From positions 1-32,877 of the forward strand of contig NW_021832149.1 in assembly GCF_006345805.1 (NCBI RefSeq): 32,877 nucleotides of DNA. The letters run 5' to 3'. Below the pieces are notes generated by a model. It was not told where the DNA came from, did no database searches, and saw only the letters and a list, made by a program, of their open reading frames with translations. Positions 10,532 to 22,306 of this stretch are shown here, piece after piece. Positions within the stretch are counted from its first letter, which is position 1. The number at the start of each line of letters is the position of its first letter. The translations under genes and the position numbers were made by a program. The stretch comes from Octopus sinensis. Taxonomy: Eukaryota.

Positions 10532-10905
10532 AAGTACTTGTACTTGTGGCGACATTCACCCTGGGCGGGTTGAGTCGGCTTCTACCACCCTCGAGGCATC
10601 TCGAACCATGGCAGCCCACGCACGACGGTCCTGCGCCAGTTCACTGGAGATAGCGAGCCAGTCACGGTTCCATCGGCGCAGGCCGACCACCTGTGGACCC
10701 GTGAGCACGGGGAGGTCCTCCTTGATCGTCGCAACCCAGGTCTTCAGCTGCCCGCCCGCGCGTTTCTGCCAGTGGGGGAGGTGGAGTTGAGAGAAGGACA
10801 TCACGGCTCAGTTCACCCACCGGACACCTACATGCATGGCCAAACCGCTGCAAGTGCCGTTGCAGAAGGACAGATGGAAGGGGCCGCAGAGACTGTCTCT
10901 GCACT
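10532..10905 (-). mobile_element. RTE-clade LINE 3' fragment
   Basis: ...RFGHACR...HWQKRAGGQLKTWVATIKEDL...LAQDRRAWAAMV...; short 3' UTR ending in (caagta)n. Confidence 0.85.
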
Positions 10906-10966
10906 GTGTACCGTTGGCGATTTTTTCCCCTCTGTCTTCCCTTCTCTGGATCTTTCCTTCTCCTAT

Positions 10967-11001
10967 GTTTCCGACGAAGAGCTCCGCTCGAAACGTTAAA
11001 C
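10967..11001 (+). ncRNA. Minimal hammerhead-like motif 5
   Basis: GUUU CCGACGA A GAGC-UCC-GCUC GAA ACGU U AAAC. Confidence 0.6.
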
Positions 11002-11132
11002 CCTCCTTCTTTCCTTCTTTCCTGAGCGTCCAATAATACTTTATTTGTTCCACGTCCTCGCGTTGTTGTGTTTTTTTTTGTGCTTTCTTGTTTGGATTAA
11101 CTATATATATATACATACATGTACGCACACAC

Positions 11133-11191
<59 letters not shown>

Positions 11192-11391
11192 AACATAAAG
11201 TATTTTGTATATCTTGCTTTACGTGGATATACTGTAGGACGCCAAACACTGCGGTGTTAGTCTTGAGAAAGCATCTCGTATGCATGCATAGCGCTAAAAA
11301 TCACAGAAGGGCATAAGCTACAGACGAAAACAGCCAGCAACGGCGTGGAATTGCTAACTTCGGATTTCTGCGTCATTGTGCATCATTGCTA

Positions 11392-11689
11392 AGGCGCATG
11401 GCTTAGTGGTTAGGGGTGCTCGGCTCACGATCGGAAGGTCATTAGTTCGATTCTCGGCGGCGCGTTGTGTCATTGAGCCATACACTTTACTTGACATTTC
11501 TTCAGTAAATCACCTGGAAAAAATGAGCAGGACCTGTAATTCAAAGGAGCGGCCTGGTCACATTCTGTGTCACGCTGGGTTAAGGTTACGGGTGTCTGTG
11601 GAGTGCTCAGCCACTTGCACGTTGCTTTCATGAGCAGGCTGTTCTGTTGATCGGATCAACTGGAACACTCGTTGTCGTAACCGACGGAG
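11392..11689 (+). mobile_element. tRNA-derived SINE with CORE-like body and tail type 2
   Basis: A/B-box-like head, gttgtgtcattgagccatacacttta body, tail homologous to 10006-10200. Confidence 0.7.
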
Positions 11690-11864
11690 GACCAGTAGGT
11701 ATGCGTGTATGTCTGAGTAAATATGTATGCATTTATACAAGCACGCACTCACACACACACACACACAAACGCGCGCGCACACACACACACACCATATATG
11801 TAATCGGTTAGCACACTTATCGCAAATATAAGAGGTGTGGGTTCGATTCCCACGCAAACTAACG

Positions 11865-12065
11865 CAGATTTTTAGCACGCCGGGCGAAATGCTTTGTGGT
11901 GTTTCGTCTGTCTTTACCTTCCGAGTTCAAATTCCGCCGAGGCCGACTTTGCCTTTCATGCTTTCCGGGTCGATGAATTAAGTAACAGTTGCGTACTGGG
12001 GTCGATCTAATCGACTGGTCCCCTCCCCCAAAATTTCGGGCCTTTTGCCTAGAGTAGAACAGAAT
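11865..12065 (+). mobile_element. SINE family C, older variant
   Basis: ttagcacgccgggcgaaatgc...gaggccgactttgcctttcat...tcgactggtcccctcccccaaaatt. Confidence 0.8.
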
Positions 12066-12092
12066 ATTAGTGCCAGGCAGTTTTTAGTTTAA

Positions 12093-13660
12093 CCCTTTTG
12101 ATACCAACCTGGCTGAAACCGGCTCTGTCTCTGTAGTTCAAATGTCTTGTTTTCATAAGTTCTGAATTAAAATCTTCCACCAAACCTTAGTCACAATTTA
12201 TGTTCCTAACACTAGCTGAATGATAACTAAGTTATTTTACTAAATTCTTTGTTATATTTAACCTTTTGATCCAACCCGGCTGAAACCAGCTCTGTCTCTG
12301 TAGTACAAATGTCTGTTTTCATAAGTTCTGAATTAAAATCTTCCACCAAACTTAGTCACAATTTACGTTCTTAACACTAGCTGAATGATAACTAAGTTAT
12401 TTTACTAAATTCTTGGTTATATTTAACCCTTTTGATACCAACCCGGCGCTGAAACCAGCTCTGTCTCTGTAGTACAAATGTCTGTTTTTCTAAGTTTCGA
12501 ATTAAAATCTTCCACCAAACCTTAGTCACAATTTATGTTCCTAACACTAGCTGAATGATAACTAAGTTATTTTACTAAAAATTCTTGTTATATTTAACCC
12601 TTTTGATACCAACCGCGAAACCAGCTCTGTCTCTGTAGTACAAATGTCTTGTTTTCATAAGTTCTGCAATTAAATCTTCCACCAAACCTTAGTCACAATT
12701 TATGTTCCTTAACACTAGCTGAATGATAACTAAGTTATTTTACTAAATTCTTTGTTATATTTAACCCTTTTGATACCAACCCGGCTGTGAAACCAGCTCT
12801 GTCTCTGTAGTACAAATGTCTTGTTTTCATAAGTTCTGAATTAAAATCTTCCACCAAACCTAGGTCACAATTTATGTTCCTAACACTAGCTGAATGATAA
12901 CTAAGTTATTTTACTAAATTCTTTGTTATATTAACCCTTTTGATACCAACCCGGCTGAAACCAGCTCTGTCTCTGTAGTACAAATGTCTTGTTTTCATAA
13001 GTTCTGAATTAAAATCTTCCACCAATCCTTAGTCACAATTTATGTTCCTAACACTAGCTGAATATAACTAAGTATTTTACTAATTCTTTGTTATATTTAA
13101 CCCTTTTGATACCAACCCGGCTGAAACCAGCTCTGTCTCTGTAGTACAAATGTCTTGTTTTCATAAGTTCTGAATTAAAATCTTCCACCAAACCTTAGTC
13201 ACAATTTATGTTCCTAACACTAGCTGAATGATAACTAAGTTATTTTACTAAATTCTTTGTTATAGTTAACCCTTTTGATACCAACCCGGCTGAAACCAGC
13301 TCTGTCTCTGTAGTACAAATGTCTTGTTTTCATAAGTTCTGAATTAAAATCTTCCACCAAACTTTAGTCACAATTTATGTTCCTAACACTAGCTGAATGA
13401 TAACTAAGTTATTTTACTAAATTCTTTGTTATATTTAGCCCTTTTGATACCAACCCGGCTGAAACCAGCTCTGTCTCTGTAGTACAAATGTCTTGTTTTC
13501 ATAAGTTCTGAATTAAAATCTTCCACCAAACCTTAGTCACAATTTACGTTCTTAACACCAGCTGAATGATAACTAAGTTATTTTACTAAATTCTTTGTCA
13601 TATTTAAAATTAATTGAAAGGAACACAGAGCATTTCAACAGAAATATGGTAACGAAAGTA
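12093..13660 (+). mobile_element. piggyBac-type MITE 1 with left end expanded to 9 tandem ~169-bp units
   Basis: TTAA|CCCTTTTGATACCA start; units begin at 12093, 12262, 12427, 12598, 12765, 12935, 13101, 13270, 13439; single right end ...TGGTAACGAAAGTA|TTAA. Confidence 0.85.
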
Positions 13661-13756
13661 TTAAGCAAAGTTTAGGTTAATTAAAATGTTTATGATATAT
13701 TTCAACTGCTAAAAGACAAATTTACTGCAGTTACCGCGGTAAAACTTTTTCTCTTA

Positions 13757-14025
13757 TGGTAAAAATTGTAAGGGGTAAAGACCCCCTTCGGTCATGAGTG
13801 ACCATGGGTTTTCACCTAGAAAGTTACCCTCCCAGGCACAAGTCTGGGCAAGGTTGTTTATGGAAGGCCAGCAGTCGCCCATGCATACCAGCCTCCCCTC
13901 TCCACGCCACCAGTGTGTCCAAGGGAAAGACAAGGTCGATACAGACGCTTGGCACCTGTGACGTCGCAACTCATTTCTACAGATAGTGAACTGGAGCAAC
14001 GTGAAATAAGTGTCTTTAAAAACAC
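13757..14025 (-). mobile_element. 5'-truncated SINE-like element with CORE-like segment
   Basis: Reverse complement reads ...gacacttatttcacgttgctccagttcactatctgtagaaatg..., similar to the body at 11450-11530. Confidence 0.45.
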
Positions 14026-14140
14026 AATATTTGCCCAGTGTCGCTATCTGTCAGGATTCCCAGACATCGATTGTATCCTGCTCCTTATCCATTATCAATG
14101 GGAAATACCTAAAGAGGCAACTCTGGATAGGCCCTATTAA

Positions 14141-15782
14141 CCCTTTTGTTACTGTATTTATTTTGAGATGCTCTTTACTCTTTTACTCTTTTACTTGTTT
14201 CAGTCATTTGACTGCGGCCATGCTGGAGCACCGCCTTTGTCGAGCAAATCGACCCGGGACTTATTCTTTTGTAAGCCCAGCTTATTCTATCGGTCTCTTT
14301 TGCCGAACCGCTAAGTGACGGGGACGTAAACACACCAGCATCGGTTGTCCAAGCAATGCTAGGGGGACAAACACACTCACACAAACACAACACACCACGC
14401 ATATATATATACATATATACGACAGGCTTCTTTCAGTTTCCGTTCTACCAATTCCACTCACAAGCAAGGCTTGGTCGGCCCGGGGCTATAGCAGAAGACA
14501 CTTGCCCAAGATGCCACGCAGTGGGACTGAACCCAGAATCATGTGGTTGGTAAGCAAGCTACTTACCACAGCCACTCCTGCGCCTATGCTCTGTGTTTCT
14601 TTCAATTAATTTAAATATAGCAAAGAATTTAGTAAAATAACTTAGTTATCATTCAGCTAGTGTTAGGAACTAAATTGTGACTAAGGTTTGGTGAAGATCT
14701 TAATCAAAACTTATGAAAACAAGACATTTGTACTACAGAGCCAGAGCCGGTTTCAGCCGGGCTGTATCAAAAGGGTTAATATAACAAAGAATTTAGTAAA
14801 ATAAACTTAGTATCATTCAGCTAGTGTTAGGAACATAAATTGTGACTAAGGTTTGGTGGAAGATCTTAATTCAAAAACTTATGAAAACAAGACATTTGTA
14901 CTACAGAGCCAGAGCCGGTTTCAGCCGGGCTGGTATCAAAAGGGTTAAATATAACAAAGAATTTAGTAAAATAACTTAGTTAACATTCAGCTAGTGTTAG
15001 GAACATAAATTGTGACTAAGGTTTGGTGGAAGATTTTAATTCAAAACTTATGAAAACAAGACATTTGTACTACAGAGCCAGAGCCGGTTTCAGCCGGGCT
15101 GGTATCAAAAGGGTTAAATATAACAAAGAATTTAGTAAAATAACTTAGTTAACATTCAGCTAGTGTTAGGAACATAAATTGTGACTAAGGTTTGGTGGAA
15201 GATTTTAATTCAAAACTTATGAAAACAAGACATTTGTACTACAGAGCCAGAGCCGGTTTCATCCCCTCGGTATCAAAAGGGTTAAATATAACAAAGAATT
15301 AGTAAAATAACTTAGTTAACATTCAGCTAGTGTTAGGAACATACATTGTGACTAAGGTTTTGGTGGGAGATCTAATTCAAAACTTATGAAAACAAGACAT
15401 TTGTACTACAGAGCCAGAGCCGGTTTCAGCCGGGCTGGTATCAAAAGGGTTATATAACAAAGAATTTAGTAAAATAACTTAGTTAACATTCAGCTAGTGA
15501 GGAACATAAATTGTGACTAAGGTTTGGTGGAAGATTTTAATTCAAAACTTATGAAAACAAGACATTTGTACTACAGAGCCAGAGCCGGTTTCAGCCGGGC
15601 TGGTATCAAAAGGGTTAATATAACAGAATTTAGTAAAATAACTTAGTTATCATTCAGCTAGTGTGTTAGGAACATAAATTGTGACTAAGGTTTGGTGGAA
15701 GATCTTAATTCAAAACTTATGAAAACAAGACATTTGTACTACAGAGCCAGAGCCGGTTTCAGCCGGGCTGGTATCAAAAGGG
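14141..15782 (-). mobile_element. piggyBac-type MITE 2 with 7 tandem left-end units; SINE A nested in its right end
   Basis: TTAA|CCCTTTTGTTAC right end at 14137-14152; unit ends (aaaggg) at 14775, 14944, 15113, 15281, 15449, 15614, 15782; outer TTAA degenerate (ttgc). Confidence 0.85.
14175..14585 (-). mobile_element. SINE A, full length, nested in MITE 2
   Basis: 7-bp TSD atgctct (14168-14174 / 14586-14592). Confidence 0.9.
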
Positions 15783-15855
15783 TTGCTATAGCTACACACA
15801 CGCGCGCGCATAGACTACATACGTGATGGTGTCTAAGAAAAGGTTGATAGCTTAC

Positions 15856-16054
15856 CTCGTTTTTCGGATCTCTCATCTTCTGCAAGATGAAAAAGAAAAT
15901 CTGCGTATGTCTTCTTCTTACGAGAACGGAAATAGAATTTCATAGCCGCGTATAACTCTTCTTCCGTTATACTAATACAAATAGATTCGAGTATAGCGGT
16001 TAAGCGATCAACATCAACTTTGTGTTGACGAGACACGGATAACAATATTTCTGC
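15856..16054 (-). CDS. Host gene coding exon 4 (phase 0 to 1): AEILLSVSRQHKVDVDRLTAILESICISITEEELYAAMKFYFRSRKKKTYADFLFHLAEDERSEKR; EF-hand-like helix-loop-helix pattern
   Basis: Acceptor tttaaattttag|, donor GAG|gtaagc; 199 nt open; 'L..IL.SI.I.ITEEEL' and 'Y.DFL..L' resemble degenerate calmodulin-type EF-hand spacing (inference). Confidence 0.8.
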
Positions 16055-16284
16055 CTAAAATTTAAAAACAAAAAACAATGAATAAATGGAAAAAATTTAC
16101 TAACTAAATGATAGCGAACTTTAAATCTATAGGTGTATAATGGTGGATGAATGAATGCGTGCGCGCGCGTGTGTGTGTGTGTGTGTGTATGTGTGCGTGG
16201 TGGATATTGTTAAGGTATGGATGTATGTGGATGCATGCATATATTAATATATATGTGTATGTGAGTATATATATATATTCATAC

Positions 16285-16350
<66 letters not shown>

Positions 16351-16380
16351 GTCTGTCTGTCTGTCCTGTCTGTCTGTCTG
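16285..16380 (+). repeat. (ATCT)n/(GTCT)n microsatellite
   Basis: Direct reading. Confidence 0.9.
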
Positions 16381-16481
16381 TGTATATATATACTTGTGTG
16401 CGCATGTGTGGATATGTGTGCGTGTATGAGTACGTACATGCACATATATGTTTATGTGTGTGTGTGCACGTGCATGTACAT

Positions 16482-16879
16482 AGGCGCAGGAGTGGCTGTG
16501 TGGTAAGTAGCTTGCTAACCAACCACATGGTTCCGGGTTCAGTCCCACTGCGTGGCATCTTGGGCAAGTGTCTTCTGCTATAGCCCCGAGCCGACCAATG
16601 CCTTGTGAGTGGATTTGGTAGACGGAAACTGAAAGAAGCCTGTCGTATATATATATATGTGTGTGTGTTTGTGTATCTGTGTTTGTCCCCCTAGCATTGC
16701 TTGACAACCGATGCTGGTGTGTTTACGTTCCCGTTACTTAGCGGTTCGGCAAAAGAGACCGATAGAATAAGTACTGGGCTTACAAAGAATAAGTCCCGGG
16801 CTCGATTTGCTCGACTAAAGGCGGTGCTCTAGCATGGCCGCAGTCAAATGACTGAAACAAGTAAAAGAGTAAAAGAGTA
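16482..16879 (+). mobile_element. SINE A, full length
   Basis: Complete head, body and (gagtaaaa)n tail. Confidence 0.9.
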
Positions 16880-17269
16880 AACCACGCCGTAAGTTTTTTG
16901 TTTTTGCATAACGGCATGAATTCCTGTGTGTAGAATACAATTTCGCAAACATTTTCTGAAAATTCCAAAATATAAAAGAGTTATGAGGGGTTATATGGTG
17001 TGCCTAAAGCAAATATTTCATTTCTGCCACAAAATGACAGCTTCTAAATCCTGTTTTCTGACAAGCTAAAAACTTATCAAACTTTAAACCTCTGTAACTT
17101 AAAAAAAAAAAATTCTGGAAAAAGTGAAATATCCACTGAGATGCAGCATGGAAAAACACACCAATACACCAAATGTTAAAACTTTCACTAAACTTTAAAA
17201 TTTCCACTGGTGCAGCCAACCAGAAAAAATCCTTTTATGCTATCATAGTACATTATATTATATTATATT

Positions 17270-17579
17270 ATCACGTGATCCCGTGACCGGCCAGGCTATC
17301 AGATGTTGTTACACAACGCTGGTCACAATGCGCTTCGCATTGTTTTAGCCTTCAAATGACGCCACCCCGCTGGCTAAGCGAGCAGGCCAACAGAAGAAAG
17401 AGTGAGAGAAAGTTGTGTCGAAAGAGTACAGCAGGGATCGCCACCACCCCAGCTGGAGCCTCGTGGAGCTTTAAGTGTTTTCGCTCATTAAACACCCACA
17501 ACGCCCGGTCTGGGAATCGAAACCGTGATCCTACGACTACGAGTCAGCTACCCTAACCACTGGGCCATTGCGCCTTCAC
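17270..17579 (-). mobile_element. SINE B, tail type 1, inside an (ATTAT)n tract
   Basis: Reverse complement of 4866-5135; ATTAT repeats on both sides. Confidence 0.85.
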
Positions 17580-17655
17580 ATATTATATTATATATATTAT
17601 ATATATTATATTATATTATATTATATTATATTATATTATATTATATTATACTATA

Positions 17656-18056
17656 TCTTTATATATAAAAGTAAGGTTGTGTGTCTGTCTGTCTCCTACG
17701 ATTTAGATTCCTAACTACTCCCACATTTTGCGGTGCAGTTTAACCAAAAGCGGGTATCTTATAGTCGTGATTCATATCGAGCCCTTCTGGGTATTAGCGC
17801 GCGTCTACGATGAGTATACGATTTTAAAAAAATTTACCATCATTTTTTTTCCATTTTAATGCATTTTTTCGCAATTATATAAGGGAAGTAACTCTCTAAA
17901 AATGTCTACGATGAGTCAACGATTTAAAAAAAAATTAGCATCATTTTTTTTCCATTTTTGATGCATTTTTTTGCTATTTTTTGGCTATAACTCTCTAAAA
18001 ATGCTTATATAGTTATTTCCCTTACAAACCCGAGCAACGCCGGGCGATACTGCTAG
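17656..18056 (+). mobile_element. Non-autonomous Helitron, copy 3, with internal duplication
   Basis: A|TCTTTATATATAAAAG ... hairpin-CTAG|T; ctacgatgagt...catttt block present twice. Confidence 0.9.
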
Positions 18057-18376
18057 TTCTTTAATATATGTGTGTGTGCGTGTGTGTATACGTGTGCGTA
18101 TGTGTGTGTGAGAGAATACAAGTATTACTGAGCAAAAGGTAACTCAATGCTAGACGGCTGTATTTCGATATTTTTCGAATACAAGAATTATAGATTAGCG
18201 GATTAATAGACAGCCGATACTTCTTTGTTAGACAAAACTACTAGTAGTGATGTGTTCAGTGAATAACCTGCTCCCAAAAATACACATGCGCATACATCTT
18301 CTCCTCCTGCTCCTCCTGCTGCTGCTCCTCCTTCTCATCATCATCACCCTCATCATCATCATAAAAGGGTACTTAC

Positions 18377-18471
18377 TGTTCTAAAACAGGCAATGGTTTC
18401 TAATCTGAGGATCATGCACCAGGGAGGTAGAAAAGCCTCAGCTACAGGTACGTTTCTTTGGAATTCCCGTT
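18377..18471 (-). CDS. Host gene coding exon 3 (phase 1 to 0): (K)[31 protein letters not shown]
   Basis: Acceptor cttactttaccag|, donor ACA|gtaagt; 95 nt; bridges the phases of exons 2 and 4 with no stop. Confidence 0.75.
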
Positions 18472-18536
18472 CTGGTAAAGTAAGCATAAATTAGTACACT
18501 GAACGTAAAACATATCAAAAGGAATTGATACCTCGC

Positions 18537-19137
<601 letters not shown>

Positions 19138-20315
19138 ATGTTTCTTTATTAGCCACACAGGGCTGCACACAGACAGAACAAATTACAAGGTAAAGCTTTT
19201 CTTTTGGGGGTAAAAAGAGGGGGTTGGTTTTCGATCAAAAGGGATCGTAAAAGGAAAGAAAGAGGACAAAAAAGGGGAGGATTTAAAAAAAAGGTGGGGA
19301 GAGGGAAAAAAAGAAAAGGGGAGAGGGAAAAAAAAGTTGATCAATAGGGATCGTAATCACAGAAATGTCAATATGAAGTGTAAAGGGGAGGACAGGTGAG
19401 GTTTACCCGTGGAAAGAAAAGCATACGGAAAAGACCACGGTAACCTCGGTCAATGAAGTCATATGTTATATTTCTTTTTTTTTTTTTTGCAAATAAGCAA
19501 CTCTCTGTATTAATTTTTACGGTTCATAGAATCATAGTCAAGGTGGCGTCGTCATTCATACGTGCCATCCTTGCTACATTCACCCATCTTTTTTTAAAAC
19601 ATTCGCTAAACAAAACTTGCCTCTCTACTCTCACTTTCCTCTTCAAGTGATACTTGAAGAAGTTGATGAGAGATTGACCAGAGAGAAAAGTGTTTGTCTC
19701 TAATCCTTTCAGGCGCGTCAACCAGATACATTCTTTCGCCATAGCCGCTAGTATGATAAAAATAGCTCTTCCTTCCCGTTTGAAGGAAGGAGGCGTGACG
19801 ATATTAACGATAGACTCGGCTGATAAACCGACACGTCCCACACGTGACAACAGTCGTTCGACATAAGCCCACAGGTCGGAAATTGCTAGACACTGCACGA
19901 TTGCGTGCAGAGCGGTTTCGTCGCTCTGACCGCATCTCGGGCAAGTCGGCCCCGTGTTTCTCAAATCATGCCTATAGAGCTTATTCCGAACGGGTAGCGC
20001 TTCTCGGTAGCACCGCCAGGCCAGGGATCTCTGGAAGTTGTCCATAGGTCCCGGGCCAAAAGTCGTTTGAAACAGGCGGGTCAGGTATTCCTCGTCGACG
20101 CCCAGGTTTGCCCCGAGATCGTCGTCGTACCTCCCCTCCACTAATCCCCTATAGAATGCTTTGGTTGTGTTGAAGTCACTCAAGGTCGACCCGGGACGGC
20201 AGAGTTGCTTGAGAGCAACGCGACACTCGCAGTGCCATTCGCCCTTCCTCGGCCTCTTTTTGATCCACGACTGCAGTTCGGTCATGGAGACGAGTTGCGG
20301 GAAAGCTAAACATAG
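19138..20315 (-). mobile_element. Tx1/L1-clade LINE 3' fragment (ORF2 C-terminal zinc-finger region and 3' UTR)
   Basis: ORF 19524..20348: AWRCYREALPV...CPRCGQSDETALHAIVQC...W; 3' end ...gcagccctgtgtggctaataaagaaac abuts (ATCT)n. Confidence 0.85.
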
Positions 20316-20735
20316 GGCTAAACAAGGGGCTAAACATAGCGGGGACAAACAAGGACAGACAAAGGAATTAAGTCGATTACATTGACTCCAGTACGTAACT
20401 GGTACTTAATTTATCGATCCCGAAAGGATGAAAGGCAAAGTCGACTTCAGCGACTATTTCTTTACTACCCACAAGGGGCTAAACGTAGAAGGGACAAACA
20501 AAGACAGACAAACGGATTATATCGACCCCAGTGCGTAACTGGTACTTATTTAATCGACCCCGAAAAGATGAAAAGCAAAGTCGACCTCGGCTACACACAG
20601 AGGGGACATGATTATAGGGACAACAAAGACAGACAAACGGATTATATCGACCCCAGTGCGTAACTGGTACTTATTTAATCGACCCCGAAAAGATGAAAAG
20701 CAAAGTCGACCTCGGCTACACACAGAGGGGACATG
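20316..20735 (-). mobile_element. SINE C body/tail fragments in tandem (one ~125-bp period)
   Basis: Three repeats of ...gaggtcgactttgc...agtaccagttacgcactggggtcg... Confidence 0.8.
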
Positions 20736-20955
20736 AGAAGCAGCCAAGAAGCATGCCAATGACCGCAAAAAGTGAAAAACAACTGTTGAGGCCTTATGCT
20801 CCACAAGGGGCAAACAGGATTAAGAAGAAGAAAAAGAAAAAGAAGGAGAAGAAGAAGAAGATGAAAAAGAAGAAGAAGAAATGTATGTATGTGAGCATAT
20901 ATATGTGTATATAGATATATGTATATGTGTGTGTTTACAGATATAGATACTTACA

Positions 20956-21008
<53 letters not shown>

Positions 21009-21203
21009 GCAAGATTTTTTATGTGAAGTCGTGTGTTGAAACAGATATTGTTATATCTCGGAATGGTCATTTTGCCAGTTTAGCCAATAAAAACACACGC
21101 ACTATATAGAGATATAAGCATGCGCAAATGAAGACATACAATAGAAATTCAAAATGGCTGACGGTTAGTAAGGTGAGACACAAATAAGAAAGAAGAAAGC
21201 AAA

Positions 21204-21248
21204 GGACCACTGATGCGGTCACAGGAGTGTGACGAAAGAACTCTGGCC
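21204..21248 (+). ncRNA. Type-I hammerhead-like motif 6
   Basis: GG(A)CCA CUGAUGCG GUCAC-AGGAGU-GUGAC GAAA G-AA-C UC UGGCC; A9C variant; 2-nt stem III loop. Confidence 0.6.
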
Positions 21249-21362
21249 GAAATAAGATGAAGATTAATGTAAAAAATAAATAACACTGAGGCAAAATAAC
21301 ACCAAATATATAGTGCGTGTGTCTTTATTGGCTAAACTGGCAAAATGACCATTCCGAAATAT

Positions 21363-21414
<52 letters not shown>

Positions 21415-21609
21415 GCAAGATTTTTTATGTGAAGTCGTGTGTTGAAACAGATATTGTTATATCTCGGAATGGTCATTTTGCCAGTTTAGCCAATAAAAAC
21501 ACACGCACTATATAGAGATATAAGCATGCGCAAATGAAGACATACAATAGAAATTCAAAATGGCTGACGGTTAGTAAGGTGAGACACAAATAAGAAAGAA
21601 GAAAGCAAA

Positions 21610-21654
21610 GGACCACTGATGCGGTCACAGGAGTGTGACGAAAGAACTCTGGCC
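21610..21654 (+). ncRNA. Type-I hammerhead-like motif 7 (identical to motif 6)
   Basis: Same sequence 406 bp downstream. Confidence 0.6.
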
Positions 21655-21784
21655 GAAATAAGATGAAGATTAATGTAAAAAATAAATAACACTGAGGCAA
21701 AATAACACCAATATATAGTGCGTGTGTCTTATTGGCTAAACTGGCAAAATGACCATTCCGAAATATAACAACATATATATATAT

Positions 21785-21827
<43 letters not shown>

Positions 21828-22070
21828 TATATGTATATATATATAATATGCATGTCTATATACGTACTGCATATTATATCTATGTATGTATATATAGACG
21901 GCCTTCTGCAGTTTCCGTTCCCGAAAGAATGGAAAGTAAAGTTGACTTCAGTGGAATTTGAACTCAGAATGTAAAGACGGACGAAATGCCGCTTAGCCTT
22001 TTGTCCGGCATACTAACGATTCTACCAGCTCACCACCTTATTGATAACAATAATAATGAAGAATACTTAC

Positions 22071-22164
22071 TGAAGTTATAATTTCGAAATAGCGACTGGT
22101 GTGGATCGCCTGAAGGAAGCCAGATAACACTGTACGGTGTCTTTATACGGGTGCTAAACTGGGG
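22071..22164 (-). CDS. Host gene coding exon 2 (phase 0 to 1): PQFSTRIKTPYSVIWLPSGDPHQSLFRNYNF
   Basis: Acceptor tttttgtttgttgctgatag|, donor TCA|gtaagt; 94 nt; only frame 0 is open. Confidence 0.75.
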
Positions 22165-22306
22165 CTATCAGCAACAAACAAAAAGAATTAATCTTTATTA
22201 GACTGAAGTTCAATTCAATGCGTCTTTCTGTTTATGTATACTACAATAAAAGTATGTATAAAACAAAGAACTTACTCACAAAAAGAACACTGTGAGCCTA
22301 AAATCT

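Larger units (their letters stand above)
21001..21780 (+). repeat. Two near-identical 406-bp units between (TA)n tracts; each is a Penelope-like terminal fragment with ~60-bp inverted arms and a hammerhead-like motif
   Basis: Units start at 21001 and 21407; arms 21049-21108 / 21306-21366. Confidence 0.9.

Noticed and set aside
12093-15782. CRISPR-like or centromeric array
   Set aside because: Units are contiguous near-identical monomers with no unique spacers, and the arrays carry TTAA/CCC transposon termini
16883-17240. Possible DNA-transposon fragment
   Set aside because: No second terminus, TSD or coding similarity that I can support
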